Assembly (NCBI GenBank): GCA_035633215.1
Contig: DASQFI010000045.1
Span: forward strand, 76,316 to 140,315
Source: Vicinamibacterales bacterium
GTDB lineage: Bacteria > Acidobacteriota > Vicinamibacteria > Vicinamibacterales > SCN-69-37
Direction: 5' to 3'
DNA: 64,000 nt
In this document: in pieces, positions 44,370 through 54,266 of the stretch
Position numbering within the stretch: position 1 is the first letter of the stretch
Layout of the letters: each line of letters begins with the position of its first letter
Made by a program: the position numbers and the translations under genes
Notes under the pieces: model-generated
Database searches by the model: none
Seen by the model: the letters and a program-made list of their open reading frames with translations, nothing else
Told to the model about the DNA's origin: nothing

Positions 44370-44409
44370 TGAGCCTTTCAGGCTTTGAGGCTTTGATCCT
44401 TTGAGCCCT
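44370..44409 (+). repeat. Tandem octamer array (5 x TGAGGCTT-like)
   Basis: tgagcctt tcaggctt tgaggctt tgatcctt tgagccct in the divergent intergenic region. A similar array lies at 54199-54242. Confidence 0.7.
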
Positions 44410-44434
44410 CGCGCCTGCGATAGGCTTTCTCCAC

Positions 44435-45373
44435 ATGGTGGTCCTGGGCATCGACGCCGGCGGCACGAAGACCGTCTGTCAACTCGTGGACGAACAGACG
44501 CACGTGCTCGCGGAGGCGCGCGGGGCCGGCGCGAACCTGCAGGCGTCGGGTGAGCTCGAAGTCGAGAAGGTCCTGCACGGCGTCATCGACCAGGCGCTCG
44601 CGGGCTCTGGCGCGGTGCCGTCCGCGATTTGTCTGGGGATGGCCGGCGTCGATCGGCCGCGCGACGCGGACATCGTGCGCGGCATTCTGCTGCGCATCGG
44701 CCATCGGGCGCAGCCGTACGTCGTGAATGATGCGCTGATTGCGCTCGAAGCCGGCGTCCCCGGCGACGAAGGCGTCGTCGTCGTAGCGGGGACAGGATCG
44801 ATCGCGTACGGCCGGGACGCGCGCGGCCGGGCGGCGCGGGCCGGCGGCTGGGGCTACGTGCTGGGCGACGAAGGCAGCGGGTACTGGCTGGGCCGGCAGG
44901 CGCTCCGCGCCGTCGTGCGATCGGCCGACGGGCGAGGGCGGGCGACCTCCCTCACGCCGCGCGTGCTCGCGCACTACGGCGTCAACCGGCCGCAGGATCT
45001 CGTCTGGGAGGTCTATCACGGCGGTCTCAAGACGACAGCGATTGCCGCGCTCGCCTCGGTGGTGGGCGAAGCGGCGACGGACGGCGATCCGCTCGCGACA
45101 CACATCATCGACGCTGGCGCCGTGGAGCTGGCGGGTGCGGCCACCTCCGTTGCGCGCCGCCTGTCGCTCGACCGGTGTCCGATCGTGCTCGCCGGCGGCA
45201 TTCTGCGCGGCCTGGTGCCGCTGCGCACGCGGGTGCTCGTCGATCTCGCCCGCGCGCTTCCACGCGCCGAGCCGCTCGTGCTCGACGTGGAACCGGCGCT
45301 CGGCGCGGCCCGGCTCGCCCTCGCGCTCATGGCCGGCAAGCCGGCGATTCCGACGTACCTGGACGCGGTCTGA
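44435..45373 (+). CDS. BadF/BadG/BcrA/BcrD-type ATPase, probable N-acetylglucosamine kinase
   Basis: VLGIDAGGTKT, AGTGSIAYG, GWGYVLGDEGSGYWLG. Confidence 0.8.
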   Translation: MVVLGIDAGGTKTVCQLVDEQTHVLAEARGAGANLQASGELEVEKVLHGVIDQALAGSGAVPSAICLGMAGVDRPRDADIVRGILLRIGHRAQPYVVNDALIALEAGVPGDEGVVVVAGTGSIAYGRDARGRAARAGGWGYVLGDEGSGYWLGRQALRAVVRSADGRGRATSLTPRVLAHYGVNRPQDLVWEVYHGGLKTTAIAALASVVGEAATDGDPLATHIIDAGAVELAGAATSVARRLSLDRCPIVLAGGILRGLVPLRTRVLVDLARALPRAEPLVLDVEPALGAARLALALMAGKPAIPTYLDAV

Positions 45374-46134
45374 TGCCGCGCGTCGTCATCCTTGAAACCG
45401 AGCGTGACGCATCAGCGGCGGTCGCGTCGTTTCTCGCAAGAAGCCTCGACGCGACGCCCGATCTCGTGCTCGCGCTTCCGGCCGGCCGGACCCCGATACA
45501 GTTGTACGACGCGCTGGTGGCGTGCCATCGCTCGGGGGCCGCGGATTTCAGCCGCGCCACGACCTTTGGCCTCGACGAGTTCGCCGGATTGCGACCCTCC
45601 GATCCGCGGAGCTTCCACGCGTTCCATCGCCGGCATCTGCTCGATCGCGTCAACGTCGAAGCCGTCCGCATTCACACCCTGAACGGCGCCGCGTCGAACT
45701 GGAGAAGGGAAGCGGCGGTCTACGAACGGCAGATCTCCGACGCGGGCGGCCTCGACTTCGCGATCGTCGGCATCGGCCGCAACGGCCACGTGGGATTCAA
45801 CGAGCCGGCAGGTCGCCTGCCCGCGCGCACGCATCGCGTCCGGTTGCGTCCCGAAACGCGACGCGCCAACGCGGAGGCCTTCGGCGGGCGCTGGCGCGAC
45901 GTGCCGACACATGCGTTGTCGATGGGCATGGGCACGATCCTCAACGCGCGCGGCGTGATTCTGGTCGCGTTCGGGCGCCGGAAGAGAGCGATCGTGCGTC
46001 GCGCGCTGAGCGGTCCCGTGACGACGCGAGTGCCGGCCTCACTCCTGCAACTGCATCCGAATGGCCTGGTGGTGTTGGATCGTGCGGCATGGGGACGGGA
46101 GTCGATTGTGGAAAACTCCCGGGACGCTACCTAG
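45373..46134 (+). CDS. nagB: Glucosamine-6-phosphate deaminase family protein
   Basis: LALPAGRTPIQLY, FGLDEF, IVGIGRNGHVGFNEP. TGATG overlap with the kinase stop. Confidence 0.85.
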   Translation: MPRVVILETERDASAAVASFLARSLDATPDLVLALPAGRTPIQLYDALVACHRSGAADFSRATTFGLDEFAGLRPSDPRSFHAFHRRHLLDRVNVEAVRIHTLNGAASNWRREAAVYERQISDAGGLDFAIVGIGRNGHVGFNEPAGRLPARTHRVRLRPETRRANAEAFGGRWRDVPTHALSMGMGTILNARGVILVAFGRRKRAIVRRALSGPVTTRVPASLLQLHPNGLVVLDRAAWGRESIVENSRDAT

Positions 46135-46186
46135 CGAGTTTCACTGGCGATGTCCCTGGAGTTTTCCACAATCGACTCCCGTCCCC

Positions 46187-47128
46187 TTATGTCTTAAGCA
46201 GTTTCTTGAGGCGCGGTTCGAGATCCTCGCCGATGGCTTCGCGCACCGAATCGTGCGATTTGCGCAGCCGCCGGAGCGCCTGCGAGTACGAAACGTCGGC
46301 ATTTTTCATGACGATTGCCGCCTTGACGTTCCACTTCGCGACGCGCAGCAGCTCGCCGGCGTCTTCGGCATCGGTGCCCGTGACCATCATCACGATGCGG
46401 CGTGCGCGGTCCTTGAGCTTCTCCGACCCGATCTGCACGTCCACCATCAAGTTGCCGTACGTCTTGCCGACGCGCACCATCGCGATTGTCGTCAGCATGT
46501 TGAGGACCATCTTGGTGGCCGTGCCGGCCTTGAGGCGGGTGGATCCGGCGACGACCTCGGGCCCGACCGCGGGCGCGATGATCAGGTCGACGTAGTTCTG
46601 GAGCTCGGTGCCCGGCCAGCACGTGACGAAGATGATGCGCGCGGCCTTCTTGCGCGCGCCGGTGAGCGCGCCGCGGACGAACTGCGTGATGCCGCTGGCC
46701 GAGACGCCGATGACGACGTCGCGCTTGGAGACGCGGAGGCGCGCGATGCTGCGCGCGCCTTCCTCGAAGTTGTCCTCGACCCCTTCGCGGGCGCGGAACA
46801 CGGCCTCCTGGCCGCCCGCCATGATCGCCTGCACGAGTTTGGGAGTGGTGCCGAACGTCGGCGGCATTTCGGCCGCTTCGACCACGCCGAGCCGGCCGCT
46901 GGTGCCGGCGCCGACGAGGAACAGCCGGCCGCCTTTCTTCAGCGCGCTGGCGATGATCTCGACGCCGTGCGCGATCCGCTCGCGCTCTTTCTGCACCGCC
47001 GCGACGACGCGGCGATCTTCGGTGCTGATGAGATCGATGATCTCGAGCACCGGCATCCGGTCGATCGCCAGTGTGGCGGGATTGATCGCTTCAGTGGGCA
47101 GGTCTTGCCACTTCGAGTGATACGGCAT
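46187..47128 (-). CDS. murQ: N-acetylmuramic acid 6-phosphate etherase
   Basis: SIS domain RLFLVGAGTSGRLG, TRLKAGTATKMVLNM. ATG 47128 (MPYHSKWQDLPTE...) lies within the longer track ORF. Confidence 0.9.
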   Translation of the reverse strand: MPYHSKWQDLPTEAINPATLAIDRMPVLEIIDLISTEDRRVVAAVQKERERIAHGVEIIASALKKGGRLFLVGAGTSGRLGVVEAAEMPPTFGTTPKLVQAIMAGGQEAVFRAREGVEDNFEEGARSIARLRVSKRDVVIGVSASGITQFVRGALTGARKKAARIIFVTCWPGTELQNYVDLIIAPAVGPEVVAGSTRLKAGTATKMVLNMLTTIAMVRVGKTYGNLMVDVQIGSEKLKDRARRIVMMVTGTDAEDAGELLRVAKWNVKAAIVMKNADVSYSQALRRLRKSHDSVREAIGEDLEPRLKKLLKT

Positions 47129-47259
47129 GGCGCATGCGGCCGCACGCGCGAAGCGTGAAAGACGACCGCGATGACCGAACGGCTCTAGCGTACTATAGCT
47201 CCAGCTCCGTCGCGAACGTCGACGCGCGAGGGGTGACCAGCCCCGGAGTATCCACCGGC

Positions 47260-48150
47260 ATGTCCGCGCCCACGCCTGAGAGCTACCTGCGCCACCTCGA
47301 AGTCGAGCGGCGCATGGCGCCGAACACACTCGACGCCTATCGCCGCGATCTCGCGCGGCTGTCGGAATTCGCCGCCGCGCAGCGACAGCCGTTGACGCAC
47401 TTGACGCGTCGCGATCTCGAGGCCTTCGTGCGCGAGCTGATGTCGTCCGGCTTGTCGGCCGCATCGACCGCGCGTCTCGTCGCGTCCACGCGCGGGTTCT
47501 TCCGCTTTCTGCGGCTCATCGGCGCGGTGGCCGCCAATCCCGCCGAGGACCTGCAAGCGCCGCGCGCGTTCGCCGCGTTGCCGCGGTTCCTGTCGCTCGA
47601 GGACGTGGACGCGCTGCTGGCGGCGCCCGACACGTCGACGCCGCGCGGGCTGCGCGATCGCACGCTGATTGAGGTGCTGTACGCCACCGGCCTCCGCGTC
47701 TCCGAGCTCGTCGGCCTGCGCGTGACCGACGTGCGCGTTGACGAGGGCTACGTGCAGTGTCTCGGCAAGGGGCGGAAGCAACGCATCGTCCCGATCGGCG
47801 ACACCGCGGCCGACTGGGTCCGGAGGTACGTCGCCGAAGGACGGCCGGTCCTGACGAACCAGCGGCAGACGCCGTGGCTGTTCGTGAACGCGCGCGGCGG
47901 CGCCCGCCTCTCGCGCAGCGGGTTTTGGAAACTGTTGAAGACGTACGGCGGCGAGGCCGGGCTGCGCGCGCATCTGAGTCCGCACGTGCTGCGTCACTCA
48001 TTCGCAACACATCTCCTCGAGCGCGGCGCGGATCTCCGCGCGATCCAGGCGATGCTCGGACATGCAGACCTGTCGACGACGCAGATCTATACGCACGTGC
48101 TCGAGGCCCGGCTGCGGCAGGTCTACGACCAGTTCCATCCGCGGCATTAG
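47260..48150 (+). CDS. Tyrosine site-specific recombinase, XerC/XerD family
   Basis: N-terminal SAM-like domain. Catalytic R..HxxR..Y: LYATGLRVSELVGL, HVLRHSFATHLL, LGHADLSTTQIYTHV. Confidence 0.9.
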   Translation: MSAPTPESYLRHLEVERRMAPNTLDAYRRDLARLSEFAAAQRQPLTHLTRRDLEAFVRELMSSGLSAASTARLVASTRGFFRFLRLIGAVAANPAEDLQAPRAFAALPRFLSLEDVDALLAAPDTSTPRGLRDRTLIEVLYATGLRVSELVGLRVTDVRVDEGYVQCLGKGRKQRIVPIGDTAADWVRRYVAEGRPVLTNQRQTPWLFVNARGGARLSRSGFWKLLKTYGGEAGLRAHLSPHVLRHSFATHLLERGADLRAIQAMLGHADLSTTQIYTHVLEARLRQVYDQFHPRH

Positions 48151-48169
48151 CCGGCCCTGAAGGGCCGGC
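48150..48169 (+). terminator. GC hairpin beginning in the TAG stop of the recombinase gene
   Basis: gccggcc-ctgaag-ggccggc. Confidence 0.45.
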
Positions 48170-48286
48170 CTACATGTCGTTGGGTGCGCGACTTTTGTCC
48201 GAGAGTCGTCAGAATCCTGCCGTCCCATTGCCTCATTTGGAGCGCTCTGATACGGTTAGCTGTTCGAAAGTAGAGGAGTTTCCCCC

Positions 48287-49480
48287 ATGGGCCGCACGGG
48301 CCGTCATTTGTTCACATCTGAATCCGTTACCGAAGGCCATCCCGACAAAATTGCCGATCAGATCTCCGACGGCGTCCTCGACGCGATCATCGCGCAGGAT
48401 CCCGTCGCGCGCGTGGCGTGCGAGACGCTCGTCACGACCGGCCTCGCGCTCATCGCCGGCGAGATCACGACGAACTGCACGATCGACTATCAGAAAGTCG
48501 TGCGCGACGTCATTCGCGACGTCGGCTACACGCGCGCGAAATACGGCTTCGACCACGAGACGTGCGCGGTCCTCTCGGCCATCCACGAGCAGTCGCGCGA
48601 CATCGGACAGGGCGTGGACACCGGCGGCGCCGGCGACCAGGGCCTCATGTTCGGCTACGCGTGCCGCGAAACGGCCGAGCTCATGCCGCTTCCGATCATG
48701 CTCGCGCACAAACTCGTGCGCGGACTGTCGGAGAGTCGCCGCAGCGGCGAGCTCGACTACCTCCGGCCGGACGGCAAGTCGCAGGTCACGGTCGAGTACC
48801 ACGGCGATCGTCCCGTCCGGATCGACGCCGTCGTGCTGTCGACGCAGCACAGCGACCGCGTGACGCACGACACCATCACGCGCGACCTCACCGAGAAGGT
48901 CGTCAAAAAGCTCGTGCCCGCCGAGATGATGGACAAGAACACGAAGATTTACGTCAACCCGACGGGAAGATTCGTCACCGGCGGTCCGCACGGCGATGCC
49001 GGTGTCACCGGACGCAAGATCATCGTGGACACCTACGGCGGCGCGGCCCCGCACGGCGGCGGCGCGTTCTCGGGCAAGGATCCCACGAAGGTCGATCGAT
49101 CCGCGTGCTACATGGCCCGCTACATCGCCAAGAACGTCGTCGCCGCAGGACTGGCCGATCGCGCGATGGTCCAGGTCGCCTACGCGATTGGCGTCGCCGA
49201 TCCCGTGTCGATTCTCGTCGACACGTCCGGCACCGGCCGCGTGGCCGACGACGTGATCGTCGATCTGGTCCGCACGCACTTCGCGCTCACGCCGCGCGGC
49301 ATCATCGACTCGCTGCAGCTCCGGCGGCCGATCTACCGGAAGACCGCCGCGTTCGGGCATTTCGGCCGGACCGAGCCGGAATTCACGTGGGAGCGCACGG
49401 ACAAGGCCGCGGCAATCGCCTCCGACGCGGGCCTCGGCGCTCGCGCCGAGGAACAGGCCGAAGGCGTCACGCGGCGCTAA
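48287..49480 (+). CDS. metK: S-adenosylmethionine synthetase
   Basis: [48 protein letters not shown]. Confidence 0.97.
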   Translation: MGRTGRHLFTSESVTEGHPDKIADQISDGVLDAIIAQDPVARVACETLVTTGLALIAGEITTNCTIDYQKVVRDVIRDVGYTRAKYGFDHETCAVLSAIHEQSRDIGQGVDTGGAGDQGLMFGYACRETAELMPLPIMLAHKLVRGLSESRRSGELDYLRPDGKSQVTVEYHGDRPVRIDAVVLSTQHSDRVTHDTITRDLTEKVVKKLVPAEMMDKNTKIYVNPTGRFVTGGPHGDAGVTGRKIIVDTYGGAAPHGGGAFSGKDPTKVDRSACYMARYIAKNVVAAGLADRAMVQVAYAIGVADPVSILVDTSGTGRVADDVIVDLVRTHFALTPRGIIDSLQLRRPIYRKTAAFGHFGRTEPEFTWERTDKAAAIASDAGLGARAEEQAEGVTRR

Positions 49481-49506
49481 CGCCGCACGTCCATCGACCG
49501 CGGGCG

Positions 49507-51195
49507 GTGCGGCGCCTTCTCCGAGCCCTCTACCTGACGACGGCGGCCTTTGCGGCCGCCGTCGCGTTTTACGTCGCCGCCACGCTCCCACCGGCCTCGC
49601 AAGCGCTGACGCCGGATCCTCCGCCGACGGTCGTCCTCGGCGGGTATCACATTCACAGCACGCGATCGGATGGATCGGGGACGGTCGACGAAATCGCGGC
49701 TGCGGCCGCGCGAGCCGGACTGCGCTACATCGTGCTCACGGATCACGGCGACGCCACACGCGCGCCCGATCCGCCGGCCTACCGGCACGGCGTGTTATGT
49801 CTCGATGCCGTCGAGATCAGCACGTTCGGCGGACACGTGGTGGCGATGAATCTGGGCACCGCGTCGCCGTATCCACTGGCGGGCGAGACCGCCGACGTGA
49901 TCGAGGACATCCATCGACTTGGCGGCTGGGCGGTCGCGGCGCACCCGGATTCCCCCAAGCCGAAACTCCGCTGGACCGCCGGCAACGCCCCCTACGACGC
50001 CATCGAATGGCTCAACGTGGACTCGGAGTGGCGGGACAACCGCGTCGGCGATCTGGCCGGCACGCTCGCGCGATCCTTCGTGCGGCCGGCCGAGGCGATC
50101 GTATCGCTCTTCGATCGGCCGGCGCGCACGCTCCAGCGCTGGGACGCCGCGATGGTGTCGCGGCCCGTGGTCTCGCTGGCCGCGGTGGACGCGCACGCAC
50201 ACGGGTTGATCGGCTGGAGCGACGTCGAGGAAACGCAGGGCCGGACGCTCTTCACGCGCCCCACGTACGAGCACCTCTTCCGCGCGCTCGCGCAGGCCGT
50301 GGTGCTCGACCAGCCGCTCTCGGGCGACGCGGCCTCGGACGCGAAACGCATCCTCGCCGCGCTCGCCGCCGGCCGCTCGTTCTCCCTCGTCCGCGGGCTC
50401 GCCACACCGGCGTCGCTCGAGTTCAGCGCACTGCAGAACGGCGTCGAGATCCCGATGGGGGCGCGCACGCTCGTCGTCGGCGCACCAGGAACCATCCGCG
50501 CCTCCGTGCCGCAAGCCGCGACCGCCCGCGTGGAGCTCATCCACAACAACCGGCTGCTCGCCAGAGGGCAGGGGAGCGTGACGCACTCAGGAGTCATCGC
50601 CGAGGGCGGCTACCGTGTCGAAGTGTTTTACGGCCAGGCGCCGGTGCCGTGGATCGTCTCGAATCCGATCTACGCCGGCCAGGTCACCGCGCCGGTCGCG
50701 GCAGAACCCGCGCTGACCACGCACACGGTCAACGTGCCGCAACCGGGCAAGGGGTGGGACATCGAACACGATCCGGCATCGACGGGGAACTGGTCCATCG
50801 ATCAGCACGCGATCAAGTTCGTCTACCGGCTGGGGAGCGGATCGCCGTCGGGTCAATTCGCGGCGCTCGCCACGTCAATCGGCGGCGGCATCGGAGTGGA
50901 CCGGATCGAGTTCGTCGCGCATGCGAGCCCGCCCGCCCGCATTTCCGTGCAGGTGCGTTTGCCTGGTGGACCGGCCGGGAACCGCTGGCGTCGGTCGGTC
51001 TATCTCGACGAGACGCCGCGGACGTTCATCCTGCGGCTGCGAGACTTCGAGCTGGTCGACCGGCCGACCACGCTTCGGCCCAACGTCGCCCGCGTGCAAA
51101 CGGTGCTCTTCGTCGTCGACACGCTCAACACCCCGCCGGGACGCGCGGGAAGCATCTGGGTCTTCGATGCGAAGGTGGGCGTCGGGGGGGAATGA
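49507..51195 (+). CDS. Membrane-anchored PHP-domain (metal-dependent phosphoesterase) protein with large uncharacterised C-terminal region
   Basis: One TM, then GGYHIHSTRSDGSGT...YIVLTDHGD...VAAHPDSP (PHP motifs). GTG 49507 assumed. The upstream part of track ORF 48418..51195 is out-of-frame overlap with metK. Confidence 0.65.
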   Translation: MRRLLRALYLTTAAFAAAVAFYVAATLPPASQALTPDPPPTVVLGGYHIHSTRSDGSGTVDEIAAAAARAGLRYIVLTDHGDATRAPDPPAYRHGVLCLDAVEISTFGGHVVAMNLGTASPYPLAGETADVIEDIHRLGGWAVAAHPDSPKPKLRWTAGNAPYDAIEWLNVDSEWRDNRVGDLAGTLARSFVRPAEAIVSLFDRPARTLQRWDAAMVSRPVVSLAAVDAHAHGLIGWSDVEETQGRTLFTRPTYEHLFRALAQAVVLDQPLSGDAASDAKRILAALAAGRSFSLVRGLATPASLEFSALQNGVEIPMGARTLVVGAPGTIRASVPQAATARVELIHNNRLLARGQGSVTHSGVIAEGGYRVEVFYGQAPVPWIVSNPIYAGQVTAPVAAEPALTTHTVNVPQPGKGWDIEHDPASTGNWSIDQHAIKFVYRLGSGSPSGQFAALATSIGGGIGVDRIEFVAHASPPARISVQVRLPGGPAGNRWRRSVYLDETPRTFILRLRDFELVDRPTTLRPNVARVQTVLFVVDTLNTPPGRAGSIWVFDAKVGVGGE

Positions 51196-51225
51196 AGGCT
51201 CAGAGGCTCACCGGGCCGTGCCGAC

Positions 51226-53607
51226 CTATGTTCGGACAGTCAGCATCAGATACAGCGCCCCTGCCATGAACAGAATGTTCGGAGCCCACGCGGCGAGCGC
51301 CGCGGGCAGCACCGCCGTCGTGCCCACGGCCAGGAAGAACGCAGTCAAAAAGAAATAGCTGAACGCCAGCGCGATCGCGAGGCCGATGCCGTAGAGCGCG
51401 CCTTTCCGGCCTGTCGAGACGCCGAAGGGCACCGCGAGGAATGTCATCACGAGCGTGACGAGGGGAAACGCGATCTTTCGGTGCAGGTTGACGCGCTGCT
51501 CGGCGAGGTTGACGCCGCTCGAGCTCATCCGCGAGATGTAGTCCCACAAATCGCCGACCGTCGTCAGCCGCGACTCAGCCTGTTGAATGTCCTGAAAGTG
51601 CGAGAGCTCCGGCAGACTGAGCGGCCGGGACGTGAAGCTCTCGCGCGACGACTCGGCGGTGGCTGGGAAGCGCTGGACCCAGCCGTCCTGGCCCTCCCAG
51701 ACGCCGTTCTTGTTGATGGCACGGCGTGCGGAGGTGTGCCCGACGAGCCTGTAGGGACTTGTCGCGGTCTTGAACACCGAGAGTCCGGTGATCGTCTGCT
51801 TCTGCGGCTCGAAGAACTCGTAGTAGTAGATGACTCCGTGCTCGTCGGCGGTCCAGTTGCGGTTGCGGACGTCGAACGTTCGGGGCGGCCGGCCGCGAAT
51901 CACGTCCTCGAGCGCGTCGGCCTTTCGATTCGCGTGCGCGAGCACACGTTCCTCGAGGGCGAACAGCAGTCCGCTGCCGACGAGCGCCAGCACGATGAGC
52001 GGCAGCGCGGTCCGATAGAGACTGACGCCGCACGCGCGCATCACGGTCAGCTCGCTCGTGCGCGTGAGCGCGCCAATCGTCCCGAGCACCGCGACGAGCG
52101 TCGCAATCGGCGTGATATCACCGATGATCCTCGGCGTCGAATACCAGAGATAGAGCGCGAGCATGCGGCCGTTTGCCTGGCCCTTGAACAGCTTCTCGGC
52201 CAGCTCGATGCACGTGCCGATGTAATACAGGCCCAGGAGCGCAGTGAACGCGAGCGCGACCATCCGCAGGTAACGTCCCCCCACATACAGGTCCAACAGC
52301 CGCGGGCGGGGCAGTCCGAGATGCGGGAAGCGAATGACGACGACGACCCGTTCGGGTGGACGGCCGGTGACGGGGTCAGCCGGCCGCCGCCTGACGAGCG
52401 TCGACAGCCAGGCGGGGAGTCTGAGACCAAAGCCGGCGCTGCGGCTCCGCCATCTCACCAGCAGGACGCCAACAGGGATGAGCGCGAGGTTCGGCAGCCA
52501 TCGTGCCCATTCGGCGGGCAGCATGCGGCCCTTGGCGCCGGCCTCGCCGAGCATGTGGAGGCCGTAATAGACGAAGACCACGGCCAGGCCGAGCGTCAGG
52601 CCGGCCAGCTTGCCCTCGCGCCGCGTGTGCAGTCCCAGGGAGAGCCCGAGCAATCCGAACGTCAGGCACGCCACCGGAAACGCGAACATCTGGTGGAGGA
52701 ACATGATCTCGTTGTGCGGCGACTCGCCCCGCTTGCGCTTGTCGGCGATGTCGGCCCGCAGCTGCGGGATGTGCTTTTCGGCCAACCCGCGTGACAGCAC
52801 GGACTCGCCGCTCCCGAATACGGACTCGGCGGGGATCGAAATCCGCAGTTCGTTCCGGCTCGCCGTGTCATAGACGCGCTGGTTGCTGCCCGGGACGTAT
52901 TGCTGGGCGCTCGGAAAATAGAGATCCACCTCGCGGCGCTGCTGGTTCAGGACCAGCCGGGCGCGGTCGGCGGTGACGACCACGGGTTTGCCGTTGCGGT
53001 TGGTCGTGTCGGCCATGAAGACGCCTGACCAGCCGCCGCCTGGCAGGGTGTCCCACACGAACATCACCTTGCCAGGAAACCCTTCGTAGAAGACCCGGGG
53101 CTTGATATCGGCCTCGGACTTTTCGCCCATCAACTTGAACGTGATCTCGCGAAACGCCTGGTTCGCGTCGGCGATGAGCGACGTCATGATGAACAAGTCA
53201 ACGGCCGCGACGGCCGCGCACAGCACCAGGACCGGCCGGAGCAGCCGATGGGGGCTGACGCCACAGGCCAGGAGCGCGACCGACTCCCGGTCGGCCGACA
53301 TCCGGCCGAGCCCGATTAATACTCCGGCCAGGATGGCGATCGGGATGGCCACCCCCAGGCCCTGCGGGACCAGGGTCAGCAGCAGGAACCCGACGGTCGG
53401 GATCGGGACGCCCTTGGCCAACAGAAGTTCGGCCTGCTCGAGCATCGGGCCCATCAGCAGAACGAACGTGCACACCGCCAGCGCCAGGAAGAACGGCGGC
53501 AGGATCTGGCGGATCAGATAGCGGTCAATCGTGCGCACGAATTGATGTGACGATAGCACGCGATCGGCGGCCGGCGGGGCGCGATCCGGCGTCCGCAAAG
53601 CGTCCAC
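51226..53607 (-). CDS. Fused LptF-LptG-type (YjgP/YjgQ) LPS export permease, two complete permease modules in one ORF
   Basis: Module 1 begins IDRYLIRQILPPFFLALAV. Module 2 begins LLDLYVGGRYLRMVALAFTAL. Each has the 3TM, periplasmic beta-jellyroll, 3TM layout. No stop or frameshift between them. Confidence 0.85.
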   Translation of the reverse strand: MDALRTPDRAPPAADRVLSSHQFVRTIDRYLIRQILPPFFLALAVCTFVLLMGPMLEQAELLLAKGVPIPTVGFLLLTLVPQGLGVAIPIAILAGVLIGLGRMSADRESVALLACGVSPHRLLRPVLVLCAAVAAVDLFIMTSLIADANQAFREITFKLMGEKSEADIKPRVFYEGFPGKVMFVWDTLPGGGWSGVFMADTTNRNGKPVVVTADRARLVLNQQRREVDLYFPSAQQYVPGSNQRVYDTASRNELRISIPAESVFGSGESVLSRGLAEKHIPQLRADIADKRKRGESPHNEIMFLHQMFAFPVACLTFGLLGLSLGLHTRREGKLAGLTLGLAVVFVYYGLHMLGEAGAKGRMLPAEWARWLPNLALIPVGVLLVRWRSRSAGFGLRLPAWLSTLVRRRPADPVTGRPPERVVVVIRFPHLGLPRPRLLDLYVGGRYLRMVALAFTALLGLYYIGTCIELAEKLFKGQANGRMLALYLWYSTPRIIGDITPIATLVAVLGTIGALTRTSELTVMRACGVSLYRTALPLIVLALVGSGLLFALEERVLAHANRKADALEDVIRGRPPRTFDVRNRNWTADEHGVIYYYEFFEPQKQTITGLSVFKTATSPYRLVGHTSARRAINKNGVWEGQDGWVQRFPATAESSRESFTSRPLSLPELSHFQDIQQAESRLTTVGDLWDYISRMSSSGVNLAEQRVNLHRKIAFPLVTLVMTFLAVPFGVSTGRKGALYGIGLAIALAFSYFFLTAFFLAVGTTAVLPAALAAWAPNILFMAGALYLMLTVRT

Positions 53608-54198
53608 AGGCGCATTTTCCTAGCCTGATCTGGAACGTCTGATAAGAGATGTTATGTCGACTTGTCGGTCCGGCTGGGCTGGGGAAGCTCCGGTGTGGGT
53701 CCGCGCCCAGTTACACGTCTCCCTGGTCTGGCAACCGGGTCTATGCGCCCCGCGCGGCTCCTCGATCGTGTGGCGCACCTACCGTGGGTCCAAAGGCCCA
53801 AGCCAAGGCCAACGCCCAACACCCCAAGCCAAGGCCCAACACCCCACGCCTTAAAACTCGAACGCCATTTCGGACCGGGCCTCCGACGTATCCTGATGAA
53901 GCAGTCTGCATGGAGGATGAATAGATATACAGCCGGTCGTCCACGAAATCTCCCCAGACATCCCTGCGTCCCGTATACCCCTGAGCATTGGCGCTCAGAT
54001 TAGGGTTCGCGCCCTCCTGTCCGACGTGGACAGCATTGTTGCGCGAATCGCATACCCCTGACTGATGCCGAAGGTCGAGGCCTCGCTGTTGACGCAATGG
54101 CGGTCGCGTCGCGCTCGGCTGAGGCTTGGGCCGTGTGGGTCTTGGAGGTTTGGCGGGTCCAGCACCGTCCCGTGCCGTTACTCGCTGACCACTGGGCG

Positions 54199-54242
54199 TG
54201 AGCCTCTGAGCCTCTGAGGCTTTGAGCCTTGGGCTGAGTCTC
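54199..54242 (+). repeat. Tandem octamer array (TGAGCCTC-like)
   Basis: tgagcctc tgagcctc tgaggctt tgagcctt (gggc) tgagtctc, just past the parB stop. A short related tract lies at 51196-51212. Confidence 0.7.
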
Positions 54243-54266
54243 TGCCCCCGCCGGGGACGATCGCTG

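Noticed and set aside
48170-48286. Possible SAM riboswitch upstream of metK.
   Set aside because: No SAM-I, SAM-II or SAM-V-like conserved segments are recognisable. The leader is short, and the terminator hairpin of the upstream gene takes up most of its start.
48418-49506. 5' part of the 925-aa track ORF 48418..51195, and similarly 62023..63129 of ORF 62023..63711.
   Set aside because: These portions overlap metK and tolB out of frame and translate to Arg-rich nonsense. Only the downstream PHP-domain and Pal segments carry real motifs.
53791-53850. Tandem CCCAAGCCAAGGCC... repeats as a CRISPR or minisatellite array.
   Set aside because: There are only two imperfect units of ~20-26 nt with no spacers, which is not CRISPR-like. 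They are recorded within the gap finding instead.
53975-54040. tRNA-like hairpins, including agggttcgcgccct resembling a T-arm.
   Set aside because: The stem is only 4 bp, the candidate anticodon hairpin has a 6-nt rather than 7-nt loop, and no acceptor-stem pairing can be drawn.
53608-54266. Replication origin (oriC) next to parAB.
   Set aside because: There is no cluster of DnaA boxes (only weak 6/9 matches such as tcgtccacg), no clear AT-rich unwinding element, and no dnaA, dnaN or gidAB nearby.
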